Positions 15,274 through 24,353 of a stretch of DNA of 52,199 bases are shown here, one piece after another. Each line of letters begins with the position of its first letter. Position 1 is the stretch's first letter. The DNA lies in contig JACPMG010000003.1 of assembly GCA_016186095.1 (NCBI GenBank), forward strand, positions 1 through 52,199, read 5' to 3'. Below the pieces are notes generated by a model. That model had not been told where the DNA came from and did not search any database. It saw only the letters and a list, made by a program, of their open reading frames with translations. The position numbers and the translations under genes were made by a program. The DNA comes from Candidatus Sungiibacteriota bacterium (GTDB lineage: Bacteria > Patescibacteriota > Minisyncoccia > Sungbacterales > HO2-52-23).

Positions 15274-17140
15274 GGAAATTAGAAATATAGCTATAATCGC
15301 CCATGTTGACCACGGGAAAACCACTCTGACCGATGCCATGCTGCGTCAGACCGGCGTTACCAAAGAAGGTGTTTCCATGGATTCCAATACGCTTGAACTT
15401 GAGCGCGGCATTACGATTTATTCCAAAAACGCGGCTATTTTTTATCCTTCGACAAGCACTTCAGCCATGAGCTCAGTGTCGAATGGCTCAGGACGTCCCG
15501 TAACAAAAATAAATATCGTGGACACTCCGGGACACGCGGATTTTGGATCTGAGGTGGAGCGAGTGCTCCGCTCCATAGATTCCGTACTTTTGGTGGTTGA
15601 CGCGCAGGAGGGGCCGATGCCGCAAACCCGCTTTGTCTTAAAAAAATCGCTTGAGCTTGGCCTGAAGCCGATCGTGATTATCAATAAAATTGATAAAGCC
15701 GCAGCCGATCCGGCGCAATGCGCAGAGCAGGTGCTGGAGCTTTTTTTGGAGCTGGGGGCTGACGATAGCCAAGCGAATTTTCCGATCGTATATGCGAACG
15801 GCAGGGCGGGCATTGCCAAGAAAAAACTTGCTGATGAGTCAAAGGATTTGACGCCGCTGCTGGATACGATTTTGGAGCATGTGCCATCGGCATCCTTGCC
15901 GGAATTATCGTCGCGGCCTCTTCGTTTTCAGCCCTTTAATCTCGCCTATGATAATTTTCTGGGACGCATGGCCGTGGGAAGGGTTTATGAAGGCGTGGTG
16001 CGGCCGGGCATGCAGGTTTTTGTGAAGAAAGACGGCGATGCATCCGCACAGGCAGGCGAAATTTCTTCCGGGAAAATAACTAAAGTTTTTACTTTCAGGG
16101 GCTTGGAAAGAATAGAGGCCGAGGAGGCAGGAGCGGGAGATATAGCGCTTATTGCGGGACTTGAGGGTATTGATATTGGCGTGACCGTTACTACCGATAA
16201 GGAGGCGTTGCCCCTGCCCGCAATTGCGGTTGATGAGCCGACCATTGCGCTTACGTTTCTGGTAAATAATTCTCCGCTTGGAGGACGAGAGGGAAAATTT
16301 GTCACCTCGCGCCAGATCAGGGAATACCTTGAGCGGGAATTGCAGGTGAACGTGGGACTTCGCGTTGACTTTACTTCAGCGGATAGTTTCCGGGTATACG
16401 GAAGAGGGGAGCTTCATATAGCTATCTTGCTGGAAAATATGCGGCGGGCCGGATACGAGGTCCAGGTTTCGCAGCCGCAAGTGATTATTCGCACGGAAAA
16501 CGGGGTGCGGCTGGAGCCTTTTGAGGAAGTGATTGTGGATACTCCCGCAGAATTTCAGGGTGTCATAATTGAGCGCTTGGGGCCACGCGGATTTGTTATG
16601 AAAAATATCTTTCAGAAGGGCGATCTTGTGCGACTTTCGTTTGAAGGGCCCACGCGAGGGCTTCTGGGATATCGCAACCAATTTGTAATTGATACGAAAG
16701 GGGAGGGCATTTTTTCTTCGCGCGTCCTCGGCTTCAGGCCTATGGTCGGAGAAATTTATAAACGCGCGGTGGGCTCCATGATTTCTATGGCGGCCGGAAA
16801 GGCCCTAGGATTTGCTCTTTGGGGCTTGCAGGAGCGCGGCACCCTTTATATAAGTCCCGGAACCGAAGTATATATAGGCATGGTCATAGGCAATACTTCC
16901 AAGGGCGAGGAGATGTCGGTGAATCCGACCAAAGGAAAACAGCTTACCAATGTCCGCGCCGCCGCATCGGATGAGGCGATTGATTTGGTGCCGCCGTTTA
17001 AACTCACCATTGAGCGCGGCCTTGAAGTTGTGGCCGAAGACGAATATCTTGAAGTTACTCCCCAAAGCGTTCGTCTGCGGAAGCAAAACTTGACCGAAGC
17101 GGAGCGCACGAAAGCGAAAAGACAAAAAACATATGACTAA
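15272..17140 (+). CDS. typA: Translational GTPase TypA/BipA
   Basis: AHVDHGKTTL (G1), DTPGHADF (G3), NKID (G4), and a BipA-type C-terminal region. The start could also be ATG 15263 or GTG 15254. Confidence 0.9.
   Translation: MEIRNIAIIAHVDHGKTTLTDAMLRQTGVTKEGVSMDSNTLELERGITIYSKNAAIFYPSTSTSAMSSVSNGSGRPVTKINIVDTPGHADFGSEVERVLRSIDSVLLVVDAQEGPMPQTRFVLKKSLELGLKPIVIINKIDKAAADPAQCAEQVLELFLELGADDSQANFPIVYANGRAGIAKKKLADESKDLTPLLDTILEHVPSASLPELSSRPLRFQPFNLAYDNFLGRMAVGRVYEGVVRPGMQVFVKKDGDASAQAGEISSGKITKVFTFRGLERIEAEEAGAGDIALIAGLEGIDIGVTVTTDKEALPLPAIAVDEPTIALTFLVNNSPLGGREGKFVTSRQIREYLERELQVNVGLRVDFTSADSFRVYGRGELHIAILLENMRRAGYEVQVSQPQVIIRTENGVRLEPFEEVIVDTPAEFQGVIIERLGPRGFVMKNIFQKGDLVRLSFEGPTRGLLGYRNQFVIDTKGEGIFSSRVLGFRPMVGEIYKRAVGSMISMAAGKALGFALWGLQERGTLYISPGTEVYIGMVIGNTSKGEEMSVNPTKGKQLTNVRAAASDEAIDLVPPFKLTIERGLEVVAEDEYLEVTPQSVRLRKQNLTEAERTKAKRQKTYD
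15446..15502. repeat. 57-nt (19-codon) palindromic in-frame insertion in the typA G-domain
   Basis: PSTSTSAMSSVSNGSGRPV lies between AIFY and TKINIVDTPGH, where E. coli BipA has only ND. Nested inverted repeats: TTCGACA (15448-15454)/TGTCGAA (15477-15483) and AGCCAT/ATGGCT. Confidence 0.7.
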
Positions 17141-18341
17141 TGAACACAACGATAATTTTAATGGTCTGGGCATAGCGCCCGGACTGCTGGAGATACTTGA
17201 AAAACTTCGCTACACCATACCAACCCCCATACAGCGCCAAGCCATTCCCCTGGCGATTGAAGGAAAGGACGTAGTGGGCATTGCCGAGACCGGCACCGGA
17301 AAAACTCTTGCTTTCGGCATCCCTATGATTCAGTTGCTCGCGCGAAAAAAAGGCCAGGGCTTGGCGCTTCTCCCTACGCGTGAGTTAGCACTGCAGGTAG
17401 AACAGGAGCTGCATAAAGTCGGCCGGCCCTTGGGTTTGAAAACCGCTGTCTTAATCGGCGGGATGTCTATGAGACCGCAAATTGCGGCTATCGCGAGGAT
17501 TCCTCACGTGATTATTGCCACTCCCGGGCGTCTGATTGACCACCTTCAGCAAAAGACTTTGCGCTTGGATAAGGTGAGCATTTTGGTGCTTGATGAGGCC
17601 GACCGGATGTTGGACATGGGTTTTCAGCCGCAGATCAGAAAGATACTTCAGGCCGTTCCCAAAGACAGGCAAACCATGCTTTTTTCCGCGACCATTCCTC
17701 CGGAGATTATGAAAATCGCCGGTGAGCATATGAAGCTACCCGTGCATGTGGAAGTGGCGCCCTCCGGAACGGCTCCGGAAACCGTAACGCACGAAATTTT
17801 CATTGTGGAGAAGGCCTCCAAACCCCGGCTGCTTATGGCGTTGCTAAAAGAGCATCGCGGATCAACCCTGGTTTTCACGAGGACTAAATTTGGCGCGAAG
17901 CGCGTTACCAAAGCTCTGCGCGCTTTGGGGGAGAGCGCTGCAGAAATTCATTCCAACCGCTCGCTTGCCCAGCGACGAGAGGCCTTGGAAGGATTTCGTT
18001 CCGGACGCTTCCGGGTTTTAGTGGCCACTGATATTGCCTCGCGCGGAATTGACGTGAAGGGGATTGAAACGGTCATAAATTATGATCTGCCATCGCAGGC
18101 AGAGGATTACGTGCATCGCATTGGCCGGACCGGACGCGCGGGAATGACCGGACACGCTATTTCTTTTGCCGAGCCCTCACAGCGCAATGAAGTCAGGGCC
18201 ATTGAGCGCCTGATGCGCAAAGCCGTTCCCGTATCTTTGCCTCCGGCAGGGTTTTCGCAAGAGGCGGGCGAGCGCGCCGAGTTTAACGCGCCTCGCCCGG
18301 TGCGCTATCCGGGCATGAACCGCCGCCGCCGACGGTGGTGA
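17133..18341 (+). CDS. DEAD-box ATP-dependent RNA helicase
   Basis: Q-motif, AETGTGKT, DEAD (VLDEADRM), SAT and HRIGRTGR. Arg-rich tail. Confidence 0.9.
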   Translation: MTNEHNDNFNGLGIAPGLLEILEKLRYTIPTPIQRQAIPLAIEGKDVVGIAETGTGKTLAFGIPMIQLLARKKGQGLALLPTRELALQVEQELHKVGRPLGLKTAVLIGGMSMRPQIAAIARIPHVIIATPGRLIDHLQQKTLRLDKVSILVLDEADRMLDMGFQPQIRKILQAVPKDRQTMLFSATIPPEIMKIAGEHMKLPVHVEVAPSGTAPETVTHEIFIVEKASKPRLLMALLKEHRGSTLVFTRTKFGAKRVTKALRALGESAAEIHSNRSLAQRREALEGFRSGRFRVLVATDIASRGIDVKGIETVINYDLPSQAEDYVHRIGRTGRAGMTGHAISFAEPSQRNEVRAIERLMRKAVPVSLPPAGFSQEAGERAEFNAPRPVRYPGMNRRRRRW

Positions 18342-18385
18342 AAAACTTCTATCTTCGCTATTGATCGTAGGTTCGCGCTTCCAAT

Positions 18386-18419
18386 AACATTCTAACATTC
18401 TCAAGAATGTGAGAATGTT
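18386..18419. repeat. AACATTCT direct repeat plus a perfect 10-bp hairpin
   Basis: AACATTCT occurs twice (18386-18401). AACATTCTCA-AGAATG-TGAGAATGTT spans 18394-18419. May act as the helicase terminator. Confidence 0.55.
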
Positions 18420-18457
18420 AAAAACTTCGGCCGGTAGAGAATGAGTGACTTATTACT

Positions 18458-18904
18458 ATGGTGGAATATAAAAAGAGTTCGGCAGTGTTAGTATTTAATG
18501 ATAAGGGGGAGTTGGCTTTGCAGTTGCGCGCTGCCAATGACGATTCATTTCCATCTCATTGGGATTTTTCCGCAGGAGGCGGAATTGATGTTGGAGAAGA
18601 TCCTAAAGATTCTGCAAAAAGGGAACTGCGGGAAGAACTTGGAGTTGACGCAACAGTAGAATTTATAGCTGAAGAGCATTATAAGTATCCGGCCTGGAAA
18701 CCATCTGTTTCAAGAGAAGTAGATCTTTTTATATACAAAGCGCATCACAACGGGCCGTTTAATCTGGATCCGGCAGAAATCGCTAAAGTTCAATTTCTCA
18801 AACTCACAATAATTAAAGAAATGATTGAATCGGACGCTAAATTTCATCCGGAATTTGTCTTGTCATGGAATAAGGGGATTATTTCTCGTGCCGCAAATAA
18901 TTAG
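18458..18904 (+). CDS. NUDIX hydrolase
   Basis: NUDIX box GGGIDVGEDPKDSAKRELREELGV. Confidence 0.8.
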   Translation: MVEYKKSSAVLVFNDKGELALQLRAANDDSFPSHWDFSAGGGIDVGEDPKDSAKRELREELGVDATVEFIAEEHYKYPAWKPSVSREVDLFIYKAHHNGPFNLDPAEIAKVQFLKLTIIKEMIESDAKFHPEFVLSWNKGIISRAANN

Positions 18905-18922
18905 CCCTACAGATGTTGATGA

Positions 18923-18958
18923 ATTGAAAAACCGCCTAAGATCAGGCAGTTTTTCAAT
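18923..18958. terminator. Bidirectional terminator hairpin between convergent genes
   Basis: ATTGAAAAAC...GTTTTTCAAT, a 10-bp stem with A/T runs on both sides. Confidence 0.6.
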
Positions 18959-18973
18959 TATCTCCGCATATTT

Positions 18974-19792
18974 TTAACCCTCTCCTTCGCCATCGGGTAT
19001 GAAGGCCTCAATACGGAAAGTCGGAGTTTTGCCCAAGAATGAAGTTCCGCTTGCGTCAACGTACGTTGCGGTAACTATTCCTGACCCTTCGCCGTATTCT
19101 GCAATGGCCTCGTCAAGTTTGGCAATAAATACTCCGGTCGGAGTAATACTTCCAACTTGTCCGATCAGAGTCCACTTAACATTTTCTTTGATAATCTGCG
19201 TGGATCCATCGGACATAACGAGTTTGGCCGTAAAGGTTACTTTGTCCCCCTCTTTTAATCCTTCAAGAGTTCGATTTTGAGTAACGATAAGATTTTTTGC
19301 GAAGATTTTCTGGGTTTTTGTTTCAGGCGATGAAGTCGGTTTGGGAGTTGGCGTAGTTAGCGTTGGAGTTTTTGGCTGCGGCCGAGTCTGACTCGGCTGC
19401 GGCTCGGATTTTTTCGGGACGACTGTGTCGTATACGACCGGGAAGGTAAATTTAGAAGAGTCGGGTAGTTTTGCGGATTTGACAGGATCAACTAAGTAGT
19501 CCTCGCCGCAGGAATTTTTCAAACTCAACTCCAGTAGTTGTACCGGATCCGTTCCAAGCGGCTGTATCTTCCAGGTAATCGTCTCATCGGCTTTGACCGC
19601 TTGCTTGGCGCCATTGAGGATTTTGGCATTTTTCACGTCAAGAGTAATCGTCCCCGGCTGGCCCAGGGATTTGGTCTGAATTTCAAAATAGCCGTTGGGA
19701 GCGACGGTAAAGGGTTTTAAGGAAGGAGTGCCAAATTTTCCTCCAGCCATCGGTATTAGTGGTATTTTTAGCCCGTTGCTGGATGGTTGCAT
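18974..19792 (-). CDS. Big_2-like Ig-domain surface protein; possibly the 3' part of a frameshifted gene
   Basis: 272-aa ORF with no signal peptide, a Pro/Thr linker (TPTLTTPTPKPTSSPE) and a C-terminal Big_2-like block. Overlaps the upstream ORF in another frame. Confidence 0.5.
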   Translation of the reverse strand: MQPSSNGLKIPLIPMAGGKFGTPSLKPFTVAPNGYFEIQTKSLGQPGTITLDVKNAKILNGAKQAVKADETITWKIQPLGTDPVQLLELSLKNSCGEDYLVDPVKSAKLPDSSKFTFPVVYDTVVPKKSEPQPSQTRPQPKTPTLTTPTPKPTSSPETKTQKIFAKNLIVTQNRTLEGLKEGDKVTFTAKLVMSDGSTQIIKENVKWTLIGQVGSITPTGVFIAKLDEAIAEYGEGSGIVTATYVDASGTSFLGKTPTFRIEAFIPDGEGEG

Positions 19793-20300
19793 CCCGCATC
19801 CGTACTTTGATCCAATAATTAGGGGAGGATGGACTCCAAGTAAACGCCCCGTCTCCGGTTAAATAATTGGTTCGGCCAACTTCTTTGGGATACCAGTCGA
19901 TAATATCTTCGTTGAGATCGGCAGGGAAAGGGACGTAGATTCTTACGAAATTTACGTCGTCAAGGTTCGAGTTTAAGGATATGGTAACTATGTTATCGGG
20001 ACCGGCAGTGGAAATTTCCGGAGTAACGTTGAGCACCCCGTAGGGCGAGATTAAGTCTATGCCCGCGGGTTTGGTCGGAACCGGGGGAGTGCAGTTGGCT
20101 TGGATCGGACCGGAAGGTTTTTCCGGTAAAGTCCCCGTACGCGTGAAAAAGGACTTAAATTTGGAAAAAAATGAGCCGAATGTCGCGGCCAATGATTTCT
20201 CCCCAAACCATCCAGCCTGGGCATGGTCAGGCGCTATTACCAAAAGTGAGACCAGCACCACTGGCACAAAAAGAGATAACAAAAAGGATTTTTTCATCAT
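19683..20300 (-). CDS. Secreted hypothetical protein; possibly the 5' part of the same gene
   Basis: Signal peptide MMKKSFLLSLFVPVVLVSLLVIAPDHAQA starts at 20300. The frame ends at 19683, 110 nt inside the next ORF. Confidence 0.5.
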   Translation of the reverse strand: MMKKSFLLSLFVPVVLVSLLVIAPDHAQAGWFGEKSLAATFGSFFSKFKSFFTRTGTLPEKPSGPIQANCTPPVPTKPAGIDLISPYGVLNVTPEISTAGPDNIVTISLNSNLDDVNFVRIYVPFPADLNEDIIDWYPKEVGRTNYLTGDGAFTWSPSSPNYWIKVRMRDATIQQRAKNTTNTDGWRKIWHSFLKTLYRRSQRLF

Positions 20301-20463
20301 ATAATTTTGATTAAAGGTTAGACTATAGTTAATATATAATAGAGTAGGGGAGTTTTCCACTTTCATCTGTGGATAAAGACTTTGCTTCGCCATTCCTGTA
20401 TGATACGGTGAAGCCGCTTCTAACGGGGTTGCCTACCCGAAGGCGGTCTGATATACTTAAACT

Positions 20464-20868
20464 ATGAGATTGACGTTGGCTTTAATCATCTTGTCGGTTT
20501 TGCTGGGTATGGGCATATTCGGATTTGCCGGAATATCGTGCGAGGCGGGGGCTGGCGCGCATTGTTGCCTGGCGGAAATTATCAATCTGAGTATTTGTCC
20601 CAGTGAGAACCCGCTGGCGGTCATAGATTTTCATTTTGGCGCTTTGCAGAGTTTTTCCACGGCTACGATAGACGCAGGAGTGATTGCGGCCTTTTTAGTT
20701 CTTGCCGTTTTTACGCTGGTTTTCTCTGCGGCTTTATTTTCCATGACTCCAGATTTACATATTATCACCCGCGGTTTTTGGGAAACTTTGCCGAGAATCT
20801 CGGCGTCAGCACGGGTAGAGAGTCTTTCTTGGCTAGCGCTTCACGAGAATAGTCCGGCTATTTTTTAG
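20464..20868 (+). CDS. Hypothetical membrane protein with a Cys cluster
   Basis: 134 aa, 2-3 TM, with CEAGAGAHCC. Confidence 0.45.
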   Translation: MRLTLALIILSVLLGMGIFGFAGISCEAGAGAHCCLAEIINLSICPSENPLAVIDFHFGALQSFSTATIDAGVIAAFLVLAVFTLVFSAALFSMTPDLHIITRGFWETLPRISASARVESLSWLALHENSPAIF

Positions 20869-20959
20869 ACGCCGAGGCAAAATCGTTCGTCGGCTGATTT
20901 TGTTCTCAAGCGTCTTATCTAAACCCAAGGCGGGTTTTTATTTTGTTATAATAAAACAT

Positions 20960-21457
20960 ATGGACAAGAATATTATTATAGGAATTCTCGCGATCATAGT
21001 CATTATCGGAGGGCTAGTGTGGTTCGGGCGCCCCTCTTCAAATAATCAGGCCGCCGGTTTGGCATTGAATTCCAACGGGGTTCTTAGGGCGGAAGAAACG
21101 GATTTTGACTTTGGTTCAATTTCCATGGCGGCCGGTAATGTAAGACACGCTTTCAGAATAAAAAATGTAGGTTCGGAGGCGGTGACTATAGGCAAGATGT
21201 ATACCTCCTGTATGTGCACCACGGCATATCTTGCCGCAGGCGATAAAAAGTTCGGACCTTACGGCATGCCCGGACACGGGTTTATTCCAAAAATTAATGA
21301 AACCGTAAATCCTGGCGAGGAAGCGGAAGTGGAGATCGTATTTGATCCGGCGGCACACGGCCCGGCAGGAGTGGGGGAGATACAAAGGGTAGTGACCATA
21401 GAAAATAATGGGCGTGAACGATTGGAGCTCCAATTCTCCGCTATGGTGACGCCTTAA
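20960..21457 (+). CDS. DUF1573-like protein with an N-terminal TM anchor
   Basis: FDFGSISMAAGNVRHAFRIKNVG...YTSCMCT matches the DUF1573 pattern (FDFG..., SCGCT). Confidence 0.65.
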   Translation: MDKNIIIGILAIIVIIGGLVWFGRPSSNNQAAGLALNSNGVLRAEETDFDFGSISMAAGNVRHAFRIKNVGSEAVTIGKMYTSCMCTTAYLAAGDKKFGPYGMPGHGFIPKINETVNPGEEAEVEIVFDPAAHGPAGVGEIQRVVTIENNGRERLELQFSAMVTP

Positions 21458-21461
21458 TTTA

Positions 21462-22244
21462 ATGAACAAGAAACTTATAATTTTAGTTTCTCTGGGCGTC
21501 CTGCTTTTTGCGGCGGTATTCTTCTTCCAATACGGGAACATCGGCACGACCGCTCTTTGGAATCTATCAAATGGCGGAAAGTGGCTTCTGCCGCTTGTGG
21601 TGGTGTCTTCCCTTATAGACAGCATCAACCCCTGCGCCTTTTCAGTTCTGCTTCTTACCATCGCTTTCCTTCTTTCCATCGGCAAGATGCGCTCGAGCAT
21701 CCTAAGAATCGGCGGGTCCTATATCCTCGGTATATTCGTCATCTACATTCTTATCGGTCTTGGCATACTGCAGACCTTGCATCTTTTTGACACGCCGCAT
21801 TTTATGGCCAAAGTCGGCGCATCGCTTCTTATAGCGCTCGGGGCGATAAATCTGATAAATGAATTTTTTCCAGCGTTTCCGATTAAATTAAGAATCCCGC
21901 AAGCGGCTCATCGCAAAATGGCCGAACTTATGGAAAAAAGCTCTATGCCCACGGCTTTTCTTCTGGGCGCGCTCGTAGGGCTTTGTGAGTTTCCCTGTAC
22001 CGGCGGGCCGTACCTGATGGTTTTGGGGCTTCTGCATGATCAGGCGACATATCTTAAGGGTCTTGGATATCTGCTTCTTTACAACGCCGTATTCATCCTG
22101 CCGCTGGTCGTAATGCTTCTTATCGCGAGCGAAGAAACACTTCTTGGGAAAGTGCAGGAATGGCGGAAAAAAGAAACAGGAAACATGCGGCTTTGGGGCG
22201 GAATTGCCATGGTCATTCTGGGAGTCATCATATTTCTTCTATAG
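21462..22244 (+). CDS. ccdA: CcdA/DsbD-type thiol-disulfide transmembrane electron transporter
   Basis: 260 aa, about 6 TM. The two conserved Cys motifs are DSINPCAF and EFPCTGGPY. Confidence 0.75.
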   Translation: MNKKLIILVSLGVLLFAAVFFFQYGNIGTTALWNLSNGGKWLLPLVVVSSLIDSINPCAFSVLLLTIAFLLSIGKMRSSILRIGGSYILGIFVIYILIGLGILQTLHLFDTPHFMAKVGASLLIALGAINLINEFFPAFPIKLRIPQAAHRKMAELMEKSSMPTAFLLGALVGLCEFPCTGGPYLMVLGLLHDQATYLKGLGYLLLYNAVFILPLVVMLLIASEETLLGKVQEWRKKETGNMRLWGGIAMVILGVIIFLL

Positions 22245-22247
22245 ATT

Positions 22248-22700
22248 ATGACTATCTTTATAGTTGTAACATCCATAATTGTTATCACGATATCGGCATG
22301 GGTAGTGAATAAATTTCTGCCTTGGGCGGTATGCCCTATTTGCGCGGGCGTGGCAGGCACCTGGCTTTGGATTTTATTCGGGATTTATACGGGCTGGCTG
22401 GAGGCCGAGGGCTGGAAGCTGGCAGCCGCGATAGCTATGGGTGGATCGGTCGTTGGGATGGCATATCAGGCGGAAAAATTTCTGCGCCCTTTTCGCTCAC
22501 GGCTTCTTTGGAAGACAATCTTTATTTCCACGGGGTTTGCGGCGGTCTATAGTTTGATTTTATTTTGGCGGGCGGGATTTATTATAGCGGTCGTGCTTCT
22601 GACGATCTTCACTCTTAAATTTTTGGCATGGCCGCGAGCCCGCGCAGTAAAAAGTAAAAAAGTCGAGGAACTCGTAGGCAAAATGGAGGATTGCTGTTGA
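22248..22700 (+). CDS. Hypothetical 4-TM protein with a membrane CxxC (VKOR/DsbB-like role is a guess)
   Basis: WAVCPICAGV at the start of TM2 and a C-terminal DCC. Sits between ccdA and a thioredoxin-fold gene. Confidence 0.45.
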   Translation: MTIFIVVTSIIVITISAWVVNKFLPWAVCPICAGVAGTWLWILFGIYTGWLEAEGWKLAAAIAMGGSVVGMAYQAEKFLRPFRSRLLWKTIFISTGFAAVYSLILFWRAGFIIAVVLLTIFTLKFLAWPRARAVKSKKVEELVGKMEDCC

Positions 22701-22723
22701 AGTTGGAAATAATCTTAAAGATT

Positions 22724-23098
22724 ATGAAAAAGAGCACCCTCATAATTATTGTTATCATCGGAGCGGCACTTGTATCTGTCGGCTATGTCGTCTTTTCCGC
22801 AAGCAAGGGCGAGTCGGCCAGTATGCTTGACGGGTTCGCGCAATGTATCCGTGAAAAAGGAATAATCATGTACGGCGCGGATTGGTGCCCGCATTGCCAG
22901 AACGAGAAGCGATCATTCGGCAACTCGTTCCGTCTGGTGCCTTATGTGGAGTGTCCGCAGGATCCGAAGCGGTGTCTGGCCGCCGGCATTTCCGGTTATC
23001 CGACCTGGATTTTTCCTGACGGGAAAAAACTTGAGGGCGAGCAGGGGACTGAAAAACTTTCACAGGAAAGCGGCTGTCCCCTCGGAATCAAGGATTAA
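22724..23098 (+). CDS. Membrane-anchored thioredoxin-fold protein
   Basis: YGADWCPHCQNEKRSFG...GISGYPTW resembles the Trx-like domains fused to bacterial VKOR. Confidence 0.65.
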   Translation: MKKSTLIIIVIIGAALVSVGYVVFSASKGESASMLDGFAQCIREKGIIMYGADWCPHCQNEKRSFGNSFRLVPYVECPQDPKRCLAAGISGYPTWIFPDGKKLEGEQGTEKLSQESGCPLGIKD

Positions 23099-23119
23099 AA
23101 ATTTAATCAAAAACTAAAT

Positions 23120-24052
23120 ATGGAAGAGAAAAATATAAAAGATCATATACTTCCGGCAAGCATCCTGATTGCTGCCGTCGTTATTGCCGGTGCCTGGGTA
23201 TATACCGCGAGATTAAAGGAAGCTCCGACGCTCCGGCTGCAGAGTGCGTCGGAGATCGGAGTCCCGACTTCGGAGGACGTCGGGAAAAAAGTTCTACCCT
23301 CTCAAGGAGTAGTCTTGCCTATCCGTTGGGGAGATCTTGGCGTCAAAATGGTCAGCGTAGGCCTGATCGATAAAGAGAGATTTGGAACTCTTTATGCGGA
23401 GCGCGGAGGTTTGAGCGCGGAAGAAAGAAAATTTCTTGAGCAGGCCGATAATGGTCAGATAAAGATTACTCCGCATAATTCCGGGATCTGGTTAAATATT
23501 TTTTGGGCCTTGGGATTGGGTACGAAAAATGATATTCTAGATGCAGGACCTATGGTGAGGTATGGCGGCGCGGGCTCGCCCGCCGAAGCCTTGGCGAAGG
23601 CGGGAAATTTTGCTTCAACCGGCGGATGGACTTTATCCAAAGGGGACGCCATGGAGCATTATAGTCGTCATCCTTTGATAGCATTGACGCCGGAGGAGCA
23701 GGAGCTGGTTGAACGCGTGAGTAAAAATATTTATCGTCCCTGCTGTAACAATCCGACCTATTTTCCCGACTGCAATCACGGCATGGCCATGCTCGGCCTA
23801 CTCGAACTTATGGCCTCGCAGGGTGTAAATGAAGAAGAAATGTATAAAGCCGCTTTGCAGGTTAACGCTTACTGGTTCCCGGATACCTATTTGACCATCG
23901 CCCAGTATTTGTCGTCCCAGGGAGTCAGCTGGGAAGAAGTAAATCCCAAAGAAATTTTGGGAGCAAACTATTCCAGCGGCTCCGGGTATCGCAAGATTCT
24001 TGATCAAGTCACCGTACCCGAAAGAAGAGGCGGCGGAAGCTGCGGAGTTTAG
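23120..24052 (+). CDS. Hypothetical membrane-anchored protein with a Cys/His motif
   Basis: 310 aa with CCNNPTYFPDCNHGMAM. Carries two palindromic insertions. Confidence 0.55.
   Translation: MEEKNIKDHILPASILIAAVVIAGAWVYTARLKEAPTLRLQSASEIGVPTSEDVGKKVLPSQGVVLPIRWGDLGVKMVSVGLIDKERFGTLYAERGGLSAEERKFLEQADNGQIKITPHNSGIWLNIFWALGLGTKNDILDAGPMVRYGGAGSPAEALAKAGNFASTGGWTLSKGDAMEHYSRHPLIALTPEEQELVERVSKNIYRPCCNNPTYFPDCNHGMAMLGLLELMASQGVNEEEMYKAALQVNAYWFPDTYLTIAQYLSSQGVSWEEVNPKEILGANYSSGSGYRKILDQVTVPERRGGGSCGV
23223..23285. repeat. 63-nt in-frame double-hairpin element (CTCCGAC/TCCCGAC family)
   Basis: CTCCGACGC (23223-23231)/GCGTCGGAG (23246-23254) and TCCCGAC (23262-23268)/GTCGGGA (23279-23285). Encodes APTLRLQSASEIGVPTSEDVG. 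Confidence 0.75.
23579..23604. repeat. 26-nt palindromic element identical to 9523-9548
   Basis: CCCGCCGAAGCCTTGGCGAAGGCGGG. Read here as PAEALAKAG, but as TRRSLGEGG in dnaX. Confidence 0.8.
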
Positions 24053-24094
24053 GATTATTAAAGGTCGAAGATTATAGATCCTTAAAAAATTATT

Positions 24095-24295
24095 GTGAAT
24101 CAAAATTTAGGAAAATTGTACAGGATTTTACGATTCGCGCTCGCGTTTTGGTGGCTCGGCCCGTGGGCGCCTCAATTTGGTGCCGCATGGGCAAACTGGC
24201 TTATTGTCTTTGTCGGTTGGGTTGCGCTTGCCGAAAGTTTACTCGGCTGGTGCGGACTTCACCGCCTGTTTAAAATAGACAATAGAAACCAGTAG
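24095..24295 (+). CDS. DUF2892/YgaP-TM-like small membrane protein
   Basis: 66 aa with a GTG start. Two TM segments and a conserved Cys near the C-terminus (GWCGLHRLF). Confidence 0.5.
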   Translation: MNQNLGKLYRILRFALAFWWLGPWAPQFGAAWANWLIVFVGWVALAESLLGWCGLHRLFKIDNRNQ

Positions 24296-24353
24296 TTTTA
24301 GGGAAGAATTTAAACAAAGGTCGAAAATTATTAATCTTAAATTAGATAAAACT

